In this document: positions 49,843-60,294 of the stretch, piece by piece | Position numbering within the stretch: the stretch's first letter is position 1 | Layout of the letters: every line of letters starts with the position of its first letter | Assembly (NCBI GenBank): GCA_023261845.1 | Contig: JALNJZ010000002.1 | Coordinates: 32,001 to 96,000 of the forward strand | Direction of reading: 5' to 3' | DNA length: 64,000 nt | From: Candidatus Terraquivivens tengchongensis | Lineage (GTDB): Archaea; Thermoproteota; Nitrososphaeria_A; Caldarchaeales; Wolframiiraptoraceae | Translations under genes and position numbers: made by a program | Notes under the pieces: generated by a model | Told to the model about the DNA's origin: nothing | What the model saw: the letters and a program-made list of their open reading frames with translations, nothing else | Database searches by the model: none

Positions 49843-52063
49843 TTATCCCTCTTCCACGAAATCGGATATCTTCGGTATCTCCGGCGGGAGGCCCTTCCTC
49901 TTCCTTATCTCCGCTATGACTTTGTCCCTTATTGACGCTGGAACGGGTTTCCAAGAAGAAAACTCAGTAGCCCAGAAGGCCTTGCCCATCGTCACGCTTC
50001 TCATGACCTCGCTAAGGTCGAAAGTCTCAGCTGCTGGAATCTCACCCTGTATTACTGTTATGTACTCGGCTTGTTTTATGTCCAGCACCTTTCCTCTCTT
50101 GGAGCTTATGACACTGGTTACGGCGCCCATAAATTCGGGCGATACCTTTGCCTCCAGCTTTAGTATGGGTTCAAGCAGCACGGGGTCGGCGCTCAGTATG
50201 CTGGCATAGAGGCTCCTCCATGTCGCCGGCGCTATCTGGGCATAGCCTCTGTGTACAGGGTCCTCATGTAACTCCACGTTAACTAAAACCGCCTTTACTC
50301 CCCTCATAGCTTCGCCGGCGAGCGGACCTTCCGACACTACCCTTTGGAAACCGCCTATTATCATCATCTTGGATTCATGAAGATATTGTGCCCCTTTCGT
50401 CATGTCAACGAGTATGTTGCCTCTGGGGTCGATGCACCAAACGTTCCTAGCTTCTTCTGCATCCCATCCATGGTCCCGCAGTATCTTCGCCACCTGTTTC
50501 CTGTCCATCTCGTCATAAAGCTCACCTGACCTTATCAGCTCTATTACTTCAGGCTCCAACGGTTCTGCCCTAATGTATATCCTATTGTGTTTGTTCGGCG
50601 ATTTACCTTCGAAGACCTTCCCCACTTTCTGGACAGCTTCTCTGTAGAGGATTATCGGTTTGCTTGGGATGACTTCCAGACCTGCCTTCGCTATCCATGT
50701 TAAAGCTATCTCCAGATGTAAAGTACCCATACCGCTTATCAGATACTCACCGGTCTCAGGTCTTACAGTTGTGACTAGCGTTGGGTCTTCTATGCTCAGT
50801 TTATTTAAGAAATCTACCAGCTTTGGTAAATCCTTGCTATGCTTTGGCTCTATCGATATTGTTACGACGGGTTCCGACACGTACTTTAACGTTTCGAACG
50901 GAACCATATCTACGGTTGCAAGCGTATCACCCGCCCTTGCATTTTCTACACCTAAGAGTGCAGGTATGTTACCAGCCGGTAGGCTACCGACTATCTCCCT
51001 TGCGGGACCCATGTATACGGCAACTTGTTGAACTCTTTCTGTTATATTCCTTCCGACCAGCAACAAAGTATTGCCATCACTCACGATACCGCTGAATAGC
51101 CTACCTGTTACCACGACACCGGCTTGTGGATCAACCTTTACGTCAGTTACTGCCATAACCGTAGGACCGTTCTCGTCGCATTCCATCATGGCCCTGCCGA
51201 CGTCGCTATCTAGCGGCCCCTTCCATATCTTCGGTATTCTGTACTTTTGAGCCACGTGCGGAGGCGGATGGTGGTTTATTACCATCTCGAGAATCGCTTC
51301 ATGTAACGGTGCATTTTCTCTGAGCCACTCTATATCGCCCTTCGCAAACGCATTAATTACATCGCTGAACTTTATGCCCTTCTTCTGGGCTTGTTGTAGA
51401 GTGAATCCCCACCTGTCTTTTGCGCTACCTATCGCCACGCTGCCGGCGGCTATACTAACCTTCCACTTATCCCTAAACTCTGGTTCGGCATACATTTCTA
51501 TCAGTCTGTTGATGTCCATTATTATCCTACCCAGCGTCTCCTGGATTCTTTCAGGGGTCAGCTTCAGCTCCTTAACCAGCCTATCGATTTTGTTTATGTA
51601 GAGAACCGGCTTAACCCTTTCTTGCACTGCCTGCCTTATCACGGTCTCCGTCTGCGTCATGACACCCTCAACTGCATCCACCACGACCACCGCGCCGTCT
51701 ATCGCTCTCAGAGCCCTCGTGACCCTTCCAGAGAAGTCAACATGTCCAGGCGTGTCTATGAGATTTATTATGTAAGGCTTTGAGTCCATCTCATAATATA
51801 GGCTGATGTTAGCTGCCTTGATCGTCATCTGACGTTGTTGTTCTTCTTCGAGATAGTCTAAGGCCAATGCCTTCCCAGCTAAAGATGGTGAGAGTAACCC
51901 TGCTGCAGCTAGAAGACTGTCCGTAGTTGTTGTCTTTCCGTGGTCTACTTACCCCCTAAGGATGTTACGGTCCTTAGGTATGGGCTATGATGCCGACGTT
52001 CCTTATACTATCTTTATTTTTCAGAATGTCTACGACTTCGCTGATCTTCTTCACCCTAGGCAT
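49843..52063 (-). CDS. fusA: Translation elongation factor EF-2; two exons (52063-51980 and 51948-49843), 729 aa after joining
   Basis: Exon 1 MPRVKK...IRNVGIIAH joins exon 2 VDHGKTTTTDSLL, followed by DTPGHVDF, NKIDR and the diphthamide-site HEDPVHRG. An AGGTG RBS lies upstream of ATG 52063. Confidence 0.95.
51949..51979 (-). other. 31-nt bulge-helix-bulge intron in the EF-2 coding sequence (predicted)
   Basis: Sense strand: GCCC-AT^A-CCTAAGGA-CCGTAACA-TCCTTAGG-GGGT-AA^G-TA. Removing it restores AHVDHGKT. Confidence 0.88.
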
Positions 52064-52297
52064 TTTCCTTCAACACCTGAGGACTCGTTTAAAATACTGC
52101 CATATATAGTTGCCACCAGCGGACTTTTGTCTTGGAAAGCCATTGTCAGGCTTGTATCAAGCTTTTTAACGGTCTCATAGCTCGTATAATGCCTTATTTT
52201 CAACATTTACTCTAACTCTAAAAGTCAAGGATGCTTTTTAGTTATAAAACTTACTTGCGGTTTAGTTGGAGGGCGCTGAGGGGCGTAAGTGTCGTCT

Positions 52298-52603
52298 TTA
52301 AGCACTCTTTCCAAGTTTTTCCATTACGTCGTTGTATATTTCAGTCCTTGTTCTTCCTTCCGTCGGTACACCTAGCTTCTTCGCCATATCCATAAGCATA
52401 TCAACGTCTTTCTTCAATTCTTGAACGTCTATAGTTGATGCGGCCTGTTCCTTAATTTCCTCTGCCTCTTTCATAGCCTTCTGAAACTCTTTCTTAGCCT
52501 TACCCAACGATCTCGCCAACTCAGGTATCTTGCTCGGACCCCATATGAGGAATATTACTACAAGTATTATAATGATTATCCACTCGATGCCAACTATCGC
52601 CAT
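52298..52603 (-). CDS. tatA: Twin-arginine translocase TatA/E
   Basis: Single N-terminal TM helix and WGPSKIPELARSLGKAKKEF. Confidence 0.9.
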   Translation of the reverse strand: MAIVGIEWIIIIILVVIFLIWGPSKIPELARSLGKAKKEFQKAMKEAEEIKEQAASTIDVQELKKDVDMLMDMAKKLGVPTEGRTRTEIYNDVMEKLGKSA

Positions 52604-52713
52604 GGCCGTTCTACCGTTAAATACCCAAAACTTGTTAAAAAGGGTTACGCACCAACCAAATTTAACGCTGCTTATTCATCGCATCTCCATATGTTTTTAT
52701 ATAGGCGAAGGGT

Positions 52714-53199
52714 TTGGATGCTCGAGAAATGTCGGGAGAATTCAAGTACATCGTCAGAATCTTGGGCACGGACATAGACGGGACGCTTAAAATACCGTAT
52801 GCCCTTGCGAAAGTGAAGGGCATAGGAATAAACCTTGGCTATGCTATAGCAAGGGTCTTAGGACTCGATACTGAGACGAGGATAGGTTATCTGACAGAAC
52901 AGCAACTCCAACGCATAGAAGCTGTCGCGAAAAATCCCTTAGAATATGGCATACCAGACTGGATGGTAAACAGAAATAGTCCAGCTCCAACAGAAAAGAA
53001 ACATCTCATCGGCGCAGACTTAGAGCTTGCAATCAAAGAGGATATTGAAAGAGAGATAAGGATAAAATCTTGGAGGGGAGTTAGGCATTCGTTAGGTCTT
53101 AAGGTGAGGGGACAAAGAACCAGGACTACCGGTAGGAAAGGCGGCCCGGTCGGAGTATCAAGAAGGGCGGTTAAGGCTACTGAAAAGGAAAAAAAGTAA
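52714..53199 (+). CDS. rps13: 30S ribosomal protein S13
   Basis: IVRILGTDIDG and WRGVRHSLGLKVRGQRTRTTGR. Confidence 0.96.
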   Translation: MDAREMSGEFKYIVRILGTDIDGTLKIPYALAKVKGIGINLGYAIARVLGLDTETRIGYLTEQQLQRIEAVAKNPLEYGIPDWMVNRNSPAPTEKKHLIGADLELAIKEDIEREIRIKSWRGVRHSLGLKVRGQRTRTTGRKGGPVGVSRRAVKATEKEKK

Positions 53200-53208
53200 A
53201 ACACCTAA

Positions 53209-54342
53209 CTATTCAAATTCTCTCCTAGCCAATCCTGCACCTGCCACTAGAGCTTTTTCTTTCTCGTAAGCAACCTCCCATGTCCTCGTCCTAAGACCAC
53301 AATCATTCGATGCTATTATCTTGGAAGGGTCATCCAATAATCTGGCCGCGTAGAGCAGCCTATCCCTCACAAGTTCTGGCGATTCTATAAAGTCCGTATG
53401 CACATCTATCACGCCGGGCGCAACCTTCATCTCCGCTCCATACTCCTTGAACAATCTTAGTATGGAGTAACCGGGTCTAGAGCTTTCGTCCCTGCCAAGC
53501 ATTTTCGTATCTCTGTTAGCACACTCAATCGATATGTGTTCGGCCTTCAGGTCCAGTATGTGTGGGAAGAGGAGCCTATAGTCGCTATAGCATATGTGTA
53601 CAGAGAAGATGCAATCGAGTCCCTTCACGGCTTCGTTGAACCCTTCCACGAATATGTCAACTTCATTTGGTTTTGTCGTGGCAGCAGGTTCGTCTATCTG
53701 AATCCTTTTTGCCCCAACCTTTATGAGAGCTTCTAAGTTTGGTCTTATGACTTCTTTTACAAGGTCGAGTACCATATCGCGTTTATTTACTCTTCTTCTT
53801 TCAAACGGGTCATCGATGTTTAACTTTCTTTTTGCATAAAATTCATCAAAAGACCAGTCTGCCAACGTGTAAGGCCCAGTTATCGGAATCTTGAGCTCGC
53901 GTCTTGCTTTCTTTTTTGCAAACTCAAACTCTTCTATGTGATAAGGTTTTATTAGCGATGGTTTGTCGAAGACTGCTGCTTTTTTGAATATTTCGAAGTC
54001 CCAGACTTTAACGTAACCTACAAACTTGAATCCTTTTACATGCATCAGCGGGTATTCGTACATCTCGACCCTTCTTTGTTCACCATCGTAAACGATGTCC
54101 AACCCTGCCGATTCATGAAACCTTATACCGTATAACGATGCCCAATCTTCTAAGCTTTTTAGCTTATCATCACTTTGTATGCCAGGCTTAAGCTGTGCAA
54201 TTAACTCTTCAAAATTCTCTACACCAATGCGAATGGCCCAATCCTTTGATATTCTTATGTGCTCCTCGGACAACCTTCTTCGCAAGAACGGTGCTTTTGA
54301 GAGACTTCCGACTTCTTGCGTTGGGAACAGCTTTTTGGTTAT
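53209..54342 (-). CDS. metE: Cobalamin-independent methionine synthase, catalytic half; probable ATA start at 54342
   Basis: DGEQRR, ITGPYTL, QIDEPA and Zn ligands HIC...NDCG. The conserved FPTQEVGS lies upstream of the ORF-track TTG start. Confidence 0.85.
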   Translation of the reverse strand: MTKKLFPTQEVGSLSKAPFLRRRLSEEHIRISKDWAIRIGVENFEELIAQLKPGIQSDDKLKSLEDWASLYGIRFHESAGLDIVYDGEQRRVEMYEYPLMHVKGFKFVGYVKVWDFEIFKKAAVFDKPSLIKPYHIEEFEFAKKKARRELKIPITGPYTLADWSFDEFYAKRKLNIDDPFERRRVNKRDMVLDLVKEVIRPNLEALIKVGAKRIQIDEPAATTKPNEVDIFVEGFNEAVKGLDCIFSVHICYSDYRLLFPHILDLKAEHISIECANRDTKMLGRDESSRPGYSILRLFKEYGAEMKVAPGVIDVHTDFIESPELVRDRLLYAARLLDDPSKIIASNDCGLRTRTWEVAYEKEKALVAGAGLARREFE

Positions 54343-54345
54343 AGG

Positions 54346-55293
54346 TTACACCTCCTTCAGGAGCTTTAGAGCGCTACCTATGTTCCTTATTTTTATGTTT
54401 GCCACATCCTTTGGTAAAAACTCTAACCCAGAGCTCGGGTTCACATACACTTGTTTGACTGAGGTCTCTGATAGGACTTTCATAACGGACGAGACAATTT
54501 CGTCTGGTGTCTCGAGTACCGTATTTCGAGCGTCAACGCACCCCATCCCTAAAATTTTTGTGAAGTCGTATTCCTTTAAGTCCTTAAATGGTGTAACCGT
54601 CATATCTACGCCGATCATGTCGACCGGAAAATCTAGAAGCTCGGGCATAGCATTACCAACCCTTCCAAAACACGTATGGATAGACAACATACCTCCGTAT
54701 CTCCTTCTTATTATATCAACGGCATTCATCGCCAACTCTATCTCAACTTTAGGAAGTTTTTCGTAGACTAGGCTGGGCGCTGTTAACTGAACGTGTACGG
54801 CGGGAAGTGCGCGAATTTCTTCCGCCATGGCTTCGGCAACGTCGTAGACCAAATCTTCAAATCGTCTATAGCTTTTGTTAACTGAAAGTTTTAAAAACGT
54901 GTACGGGTCAGGAATGATTACCTTGAGCCTTTTGGGTGGCACTAGGTCATAAAAAAGCATATCTTCAAGTATTGGTCTCGTCCTTTCAACCTTTCCTACA
55001 ATTACAGGCTGTTTGTAGAACGCGTTGTTATCAAACCATCTGGCAAGACCGCCAACCTCTACACCGCTTAATCTCTCCGTGAATGGTCTTAGGAGGTCAT
55101 GCCAGTTCAGCATGCCGTCTATGATTACAGTAAACTCGTTTTCCAGTTGGACCTTAATGTTTTCTTCAGCTTCTTTCCTTATCAGATCGTCCAAAGCTTG
55201 CTTAGCAAGCTTACCTTTTGCATACTCTCTATAAGCTTTCATGAGCTCTTCCGAGCGAGGTTGTGGACCTACGAGGTGTCCTGATATCTTCAT
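54346..55293 (-). CDS. MetE N-terminal-half-like protein (split MetE partner)
   Basis: VGPQPR, DGMLNWHD, RWFDNNAFY and VDARNT; has PSSGL where the catalytic PDCG would be. Confidence 0.8.
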   Translation of the reverse strand: MKISGHLVGPQPRSEELMKAYREYAKGKLAKQALDDLIRKEAEENIKVQLENEFTVIIDGMLNWHDLLRPFTERLSGVEVGGLARWFDNNAFYKQPVIVGKVERTRPILEDMLFYDLVPPKRLKVIIPDPYTFLKLSVNKSYRRFEDLVYDVAEAMAEEIRALPAVHVQLTAPSLVYEKLPKVEIELAMNAVDIIRRRYGGMLSIHTCFGRVGNAMPELLDFPVDMIGVDMTVTPFKDLKEYDFTKILGMGCVDARNTVLETPDEIVSSVMKVLSETSVKQVYVNPSSGLEFLPKDVANIKIRNIGSALKLLKEV

Positions 55294-55371
55294 ACATCAA
55301 CCCTAACTGTCCGATTAAAGCTCAGTTTGTTTTTAAATAAGTTTTATACGTTCCGTTACGTTGTTTCGCCA

Positions 55372-56376
55372 TCACCTTAGCTTAACAGTATATCCTGGAA
55401 ATATGGGAGAACTTGGGTCGATGTAGTGTTTAGCGCAGTTGACGGCTATTATGGCTTGCGCGAAACCTATCGCTATTAAGTTTAATTTGGGAGAATCTAC
55501 CGGGCTTGCTACGTCTCCTGCCGCGAAAACGCCGGGTATATTGGTCTCCATTTTTCCGTTCACTCTTATACCATGCTCATCCATATCAAGCCCCCAACTC
55601 TTATAGAGTGAGTTGTTCATTTCGTAACCAATCTGCGGTATGAGACAGTCTGTCTCTAAGGTAACTTCTTCGCCTGTCTCCACATTAGTTAACGTAACGG
55701 ATTCTAGTTTTTCCGTACCATGTGCATCCTTTACAACATAAGGGATTAGTACGCGGACATTTGAATGAAAGAGTTCAATTACTTTTGCTTCATGTGCTCT
55801 AAAACCCGCCCTACGATGGACAAGTATTACTTCAGATGCTATATCTTTTAGATTTAATGCCCAATCGACAGCAGAATCGCCGCCGCCCACTATTATGACC
55901 TTTTTATCTCTGAACATCCACTTATTTGTGATTGAGTAGTAGACCCCCCTACCCTCAAACCTATCAACGCTTGGTATTCCAAGCTTCTTCATAGATAGCG
56001 CACCCATACCGGTCGTAAGCAGAACGGTTTTACTGTAATGAAGGCCTTTTGTAGTCTCCAGTTCTATGAGTTTTTCATCTAAGCGTCTTAAAGCGACGAC
56101 CCTTTCGTTTAATCTTATGGTCGGGTTAACTTGCATAGCCTGCTCCTCTAACCTCTTGACAAGGTCCTGTGCGGGTATCTTCGTGCATCCAGGCACATCG
56201 TATATGTACTTGTCAGGATAAAGGGCCGAAAGTTGACCGCCAAGATGGGGAAGTGCTTCGATCAACTTTGTTTTCATGTTCCTAATGCCTGAATAGAAAG
56301 CAGCAAATAAACCGACCGGCCCGCCACCGACTATCGTTATGTCGTACACTTCTTTATCTATATCGTGAAGAGACAT
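55372..56376 (-). CDS. TrxR-like ferredoxin-NADP+ reductase (YumC type)
   Basis: GGGPVG, GGQLSALYPDKYIYD, GGGDSAVD, HRR and AAGD; no CxxC. Confidence 0.85.
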   Translation of the reverse strand: MSLHDIDKEVYDITIVGGGPVGLFAAFYSGIRNMKTKLIEALPHLGGQLSALYPDKYIYDVPGCTKIPAQDLVKRLEEQAMQVNPTIRLNERVVALRRLDEKLIELETTKGLHYSKTVLLTTGMGALSMKKLGIPSVDRFEGRGVYYSITNKWMFRDKKVIIVGGGDSAVDWALNLKDIASEVILVHRRAGFRAHEAKVIELFHSNVRVLIPYVVKDAHGTEKLESVTLTNVETGEEVTLETDCLIPQIGYEMNNSLYKSWGLDMDEHGIRVNGKMETNIPGVFAAGDVASPVDSPKLNLIAIGFAQAIIAVNCAKHYIDPSSPIFPGYTVKLR

Positions 56377-56513
56377 GGACCGTCAACCTGATTATTTAAA
56401 AAAGCCCGAAAAATTAAAATGTTATGTCAGTTTATTCTTGTTCAAGTTTTATACAGTGATAGCAGATATTGGGGCAAAAAAATAGAGGGAGTTTTTATAT
56501 TGCAAATTTATTT

Positions 56514-57182
56514 TTATAATTCGTAGGATTCGCCAGGCTTTAACACTACGACTTTCACATTTTTTGCTTTTCTTCGTACAAATTTTACGAATTCGTTCGG
56601 GTCCTGCTTTATGATATCAAATGTTCCATAGTGGTGCGGTATCACGACTTTAGGTTTTATCAGAGCAGTAGCCACGGCCGCCTCTAGCGGGCCCATTGTG
56701 TAGAAGCCTCCAATCGGCAGGAGCGCTACACGGGGCTTATAGAGTTGACCGATCAGCTTCATGTCACCAAATAGCGAAGTGTCACCAGCGTGGTAAATTG
56801 ATACTTTGCCATCAGAAAGAACAACACCGGATGGGTTGGACGTACATGAATGGAAGGCAGGTGTTAAAGTAATAGACAATCCGTCTATCTTTGCCGTTCC
56901 ACCAACGTTAAGTCCCACAGTTTTCTCAACACCCCGTTCTGCAGCTGCACTAGCAGTTTCGTAAACTGCGACAATGCCGGCACCGTGCCTCTTGGCAATG
57001 TCAACGGCATCCGAGAAATGATCAAAATGGTTATGTGTTACAACTATTATGTCAACTTTCTGTATCTCGTCAGGCTTTACTGCTGCTTGAGGATTATCCT
57101 TCAGGAATGGATCTATTAAAACAATTTTATCAGCTATATTAACCTCAAACGCCGCATGACCAAGCCATTTTATCGTTACCAT
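56514..57182 (-). CDS. Metallo-beta-lactamase-fold hydrolase (UPF0173-like)
   Basis: WLGHAAF, THNHFDH, YHAGDT and PHHY motifs. Confidence 0.88.
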   Translation of the reverse strand: MVTIKWLGHAAFEVNIADKIVLIDPFLKDNPQAAVKPDEIQKVDIIVVTHNHFDHFSDAVDIAKRHGAGIVAVYETASAAAERGVEKTVGLNVGGTAKIDGLSITLTPAFHSCTSNPSGVVLSDGKVSIYHAGDTSLFGDMKLIGQLYKPRVALLPIGGFYTMGPLEAAVATALIKPKVVIPHHYGTFDIIKQDPNEFVKFVRRKAKNVKVVVLKPGESYEL

Positions 57183-57239
57183 GCATAAATTTTATTAATT
57201 ATTGATACTTATAAGAGTTTAAGACCTCTTGTCGCTGAG

Positions 57240-58289
57240 TTATTGTGGACTTCTAATAGTTATCGGAGCTGTCAGCTCAGCTATGTCGATGTTATTCTCA
57301 TTTATTCTTTCAATGTTCAGAACGATCTTTGTCATATAGTTTCGGATGTTATCAGGCGTGTAGCTTAAGGAAGAAAGCATCATTTCATAAAGCTTGCTAT
57401 ACTCGTTCCTTTTCTCTAAAACCTTAAGCGCTAAGAAAACGTCCTCCGAGAGGAAGGCCTCTATCGATTCTATACCAACTTTCGTAACTATGTCGTCTAA
57501 CTGCTTGAAAATGCTTAGTAGATTTTCAGGTATCTGCAGTCCCTTATTTTTCAACACTTCCATAGATACCGAGGCGGCATGGTCACCACTATCTTCAAGG
57601 AACTTTGCAACGAGTCTGAAATCCATTAGCCTGAGTGGGGAAAGACCCATTTTCTTAGCAATTTCTGGATCTCTTATTGCGAATCGCACTATCCTAACGA
57701 GTGTGAAGTAATGCCTGTCAACTTCTTCGTCGCGCTGCAAACTTTTTTCGGCCAGATTCAAGTCACTGTTCATAACTGACGCCAAAGAATCCGACACCAT
57801 ACTATTTACGAGTGAGCCCATGCGTCTTAGAACCTTATCTGGGGTTACTGCTTCAGGGTCAAGCAATATCTGTATCTCCATACTGTTAGGTAGTTCTTCG
57901 ATTATCTCGGCTCCAGCCAGCCTCCTTACGCATTTCCTTATCTCGTTAATCGTCTCACTCTTGAATGGTTTTGACGATTTTAACTTGATGATGTTAAAGC
58001 CCATCAGATAGCTGCCGACTATATCTCTCACGACCACCGGGCTATCTTCTATTACTATCTCGCTCGTGTCCCTCGCCAGCTGCCTGCCCTCGGGCGTTAT
58101 GAGTAGGGAGCCATCTTCCAGTACTTCAACGTTAAGTGTGGCACCCTCCGCAATATCCAGCCTCTTAACCCAACTCTTTGGAAGCGTTATCGCGTATGAT
58201 CCACCACCAGTGAGCTGTAAGACCCTTTTGTGGGAGGGCATTATTTCCCAGTTTAGGTGTGATAGCCTGCTAAAAACGTTTTTCGGCAC
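57240..58289 (-). CDS. phoU: AbrB-PhoU phosphate uptake regulator
   Basis: QLTGGGSYAITLPKSW plus two PhoU repeats (DEEVDR, LEDSGDH, ERINE). Start may be the ATG near 58241. Confidence 0.85.
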   Translation of the reverse strand: MPKNVFSRLSHLNWEIMPSHKRVLQLTGGGSYAITLPKSWVKRLDIAEGATLNVEVLEDGSLLITPEGRQLARDTSEIVIEDSPVVVRDIVGSYLMGFNIIKLKSSKPFKSETINEIRKCVRRLAGAEIIEELPNSMEIQILLDPEAVTPDKVLRRMGSLVNSMVSDSLASVMNSDLNLAEKSLQRDEEVDRHYFTLVRIVRFAIRDPEIAKKMGLSPLRLMDFRLVAKFLEDSGDHAASVSMEVLKNKGLQIPENLLSIFKQLDDIVTKVGIESIEAFLSEDVFLALKVLEKRNEYSKLYEMMLSSLSYTPDNIRNYMTKIVLNIERINENNIDIAELTAPITIRSPQ

Positions 58290-58382
58290 CCAAAGCCCAT
58301 TTTAGGCAAAGGACCGTTTTCTAAAGTTTTTGTGCTAAAAAGGTTTATTACTACCACATTCCGCTAGGGCAACTAGCGCATC

Positions 58383-58838
58383 ATGCCAGAATGGGGATAC
58401 TCAATCCAAGGATTGGACCCGGACAGGACTGTCAAGGCTAGCCTTAGGGAGGTAGATTTATCTCCAAAATTTTCGAGGGAAGTTTGTAAAGCCATCGTAG
58501 GATTGAAACTTAACGAGGCAAAGCAGCTCATGGAAGATGTCATTAATGGGAAACGCATGATTCCTTACAGACGTTATAGGAAAAAACGGGCCCATAAACG
58601 GGCCACGAAAGGGCCTGGCGGGTACCCCGTTAAGATTGCACGAAAGATGTTGAAGCTGTTGGAAAGCCTGGAAGCTAATGCAGAATTTAAAGGGCTATCA
58701 CCCGAGAACATCAAGATAATTCACGCTGCTGCTCATAAGGGTAGGACTCTAAAAAAGTATATCGAAAGAGCGTTTGGCAGGTCTTCACCGTACTTCAAAA
58801 CGCTCGTGCATATAGAGGTGATAGGTGAGGCGATATAG
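58383..58838 (+). CDS. rpl22: 50S ribosomal protein L22
   Basis: GGYPVK, ANAEFKGL and RAFGRSSP motifs. Confidence 0.95.
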   Translation: MPEWGYSIQGLDPDRTVKASLREVDLSPKFSREVCKAIVGLKLNEAKQLMEDVINGKRMIPYRRYRKKRAHKRATKGPGGYPVKIARKMLKLLESLEANAEFKGLSPENIKIIHAAAHKGRTLKKYIERAFGRSSPYFKTLVHIEVIGEAI

Positions 58839-58840
58839 CC

Positions 58841-59464
58841 ATGTCTGCAATTAAGAAGTTACTTAGAACGAGTATTCAAAAACAAGAAATAGAGGAATAT
58901 TTGAGGGAAGAGCTTAAGGACGCGATATTCGGCGGTGTTGATATAGCCTTTACCCCAATTGGTACGAGGGTTACGATATATGCTATGAGGCCCGGGCGCG
59001 TTATAGGTGCCAAGGGACGTGTTATAAAAGAGATATCTAGCGTGCTTGAGAGCAGGTTTGGTGTCGAGAACCCGCAGGTAACTGTAGCTGAGGTTGAGGT
59101 CCCAGAGCTTAACCCTTACGTCATGGCTCAACGTATAGCATCTGCTATCGAGAGGGGAGCAAGGTACAGACGCGTGGCTTTCTGGGCATTAAGGAGGATT
59201 ATGGATGCTGGCGCAAAGGGGGTTGAGATAGAAATCAGCGGAAAACTTACCTCGGCCAGAGCCAGAAGTGAGAAGTATAGCGAAGGAATAATACCGAAAT
59301 CTGGTGAGCCTGCAGAAAAATACGTTAAGAGGGGCACGGCTAGCGTTCTGCTTAAGACAGGCCTTTACGGCATAAAGGTCTCGATATATCCTCCGGATGC
59401 TCCCTTGCCAGAAGAGGTTAAGATTGGTCAGCTTACGCAAGCAGAGAAGGTAGGTGAAGGATGA
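58841..59464 (+). CDS. rps3: 30S ribosomal protein S3
   Basis: RPGRVIG and GAKGVEIEISGKL motifs. Confidence 0.96.
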   Translation: MSAIKKLLRTSIQKQEIEEYLREELKDAIFGGVDIAFTPIGTRVTIYAMRPGRVIGAKGRVIKEISSVLESRFGVENPQVTVAEVEVPELNPYVMAQRIASAIERGARYRRVAFWALRRIMDAGAKGVEIEISGKLTSARARSEKYSEGIIPKSGEPAEKYVKRGTASVLLKTGLYGIKVSIYPPDAPLPEEVKIGQLTQAEKVGEG

Positions 59465-59682
59465 TGATCAAAGAGCTTAAAGAATTAAGGAGCATGAGCA
59501 ATGAGGATTTGTTGAAAGAGCTCGACAATTTGAGGACAGAATATAGGGACCTTATGACTAAGATAGCGACTGGTGGAGCTGTCGAGAAGCCTGCAAGGGC
59601 CCGTAACATTAGAAGGAGAATCGCCAGAATACTTACTATACTCAGGGAAAGGGGAGCGAGGGAATATGCAATTACACGCTGA
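59461..59682 (+). CDS. rpl29: 50S ribosomal protein L29
   Basis: ELRSMS and IRRRIARILT motifs. Confidence 0.93.
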   Translation: MMIKELKELRSMSNEDLLKELDNLRTEYRDLMTKIATGGAVEKPARARNIRRRIARILTILRERGAREYAITR

Positions 59683-59956
59683 GCCCACAGCAAAGAACAT
59701 TATAAGACACGAACTGTTAGGTCTTAGTGTTGATGTGGAATGGAAAAATGGAAAGCAGCAGAAATGCTCCGGAGTAGTGGTCGGTGAAAGTAGGAACATG
59801 CTCAGCGTACAGTCGTCTAAAGGAAAGCGATTTTTCCCGAAGGCTGCATGCATATTCTCATTTAGGCTTCCGGATTGTTCGTGCGTAAAGGTGGATGGAG
59901 TCGTTTTGATAGGAAGACCTGAAGACCGATTGAAAAAGGTGGTGAGAAAATGGTAA
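59666..59956 (+). CDS. rnp1: Ribonuclease P protein component 1 (Rpp29/Pop4)
   Basis: [21 protein letters not shown] and GRPEDRLK; canonical position between L29 and S17. Confidence 0.9.
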   Translation: MQLHAEPTAKNIIRHELLGLSVDVEWKNGKQQKCSGVVVGESRNMLSVQSSKGKRFFPKAACIFSFRLPDCSCVKVDGVVLIGRPEDRLKKVVRKW

Positions 59957-60294
59957 ACGTGAGAAATATAGGTATTCAAGTAAAACCTCCAGAGGGGACG
60001 TGTAACGACAAATTATGTCCGTTTCATGGTCACCTGAAAGTTAGGGGAATCATTCTTACGGGTACAGTTTACAAGAAAAAGATGAAGAACACAATAGTTG
60101 TGAGAAGGGATTATCTGCATTACGTGAAGAAGTACAAGCGTTACGAGAGAAGAAGAAGCAACATACCAGCCCATTGTCCACCATGTATAGAAGTCCAAGT
60201 AGGCGACCAAGTGAAGATAGCCGAGTGTAGACCCATCAGCAAGACAGTCAGCTTTGTGGTCATAGAGAAGCTAGGAGGTGGCAAGGTTGGCTAA
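59950..60294 (+). CDS. rps17: 30S ribosomal protein S17
   Basis: [13 protein letters not shown] and ECRPISKT motifs. Confidence 0.96.
   Translation: MVNVRNIGIQVKPPEGTCNDKLCPFHGHLKVRGIILTGTVYKKKMKNTIVVRRDYLHYVKKYKRYERRRSNIPAHCPPCIEVQVGDQVKIAECRPISKTVSFVVIEKLGGGKVG

Noticed and set aside
49843-51867. EF-2 as an N-terminally truncated protein or a pseudogene
   Set aside because: The missing N-terminus is present upstream and joins exactly after removal of the BHB insert; no other lesion is visible.
51962-52180. 72-aa plus-strand ORF
   Set aside because: Antisense shadow of EF-2 exon 1.
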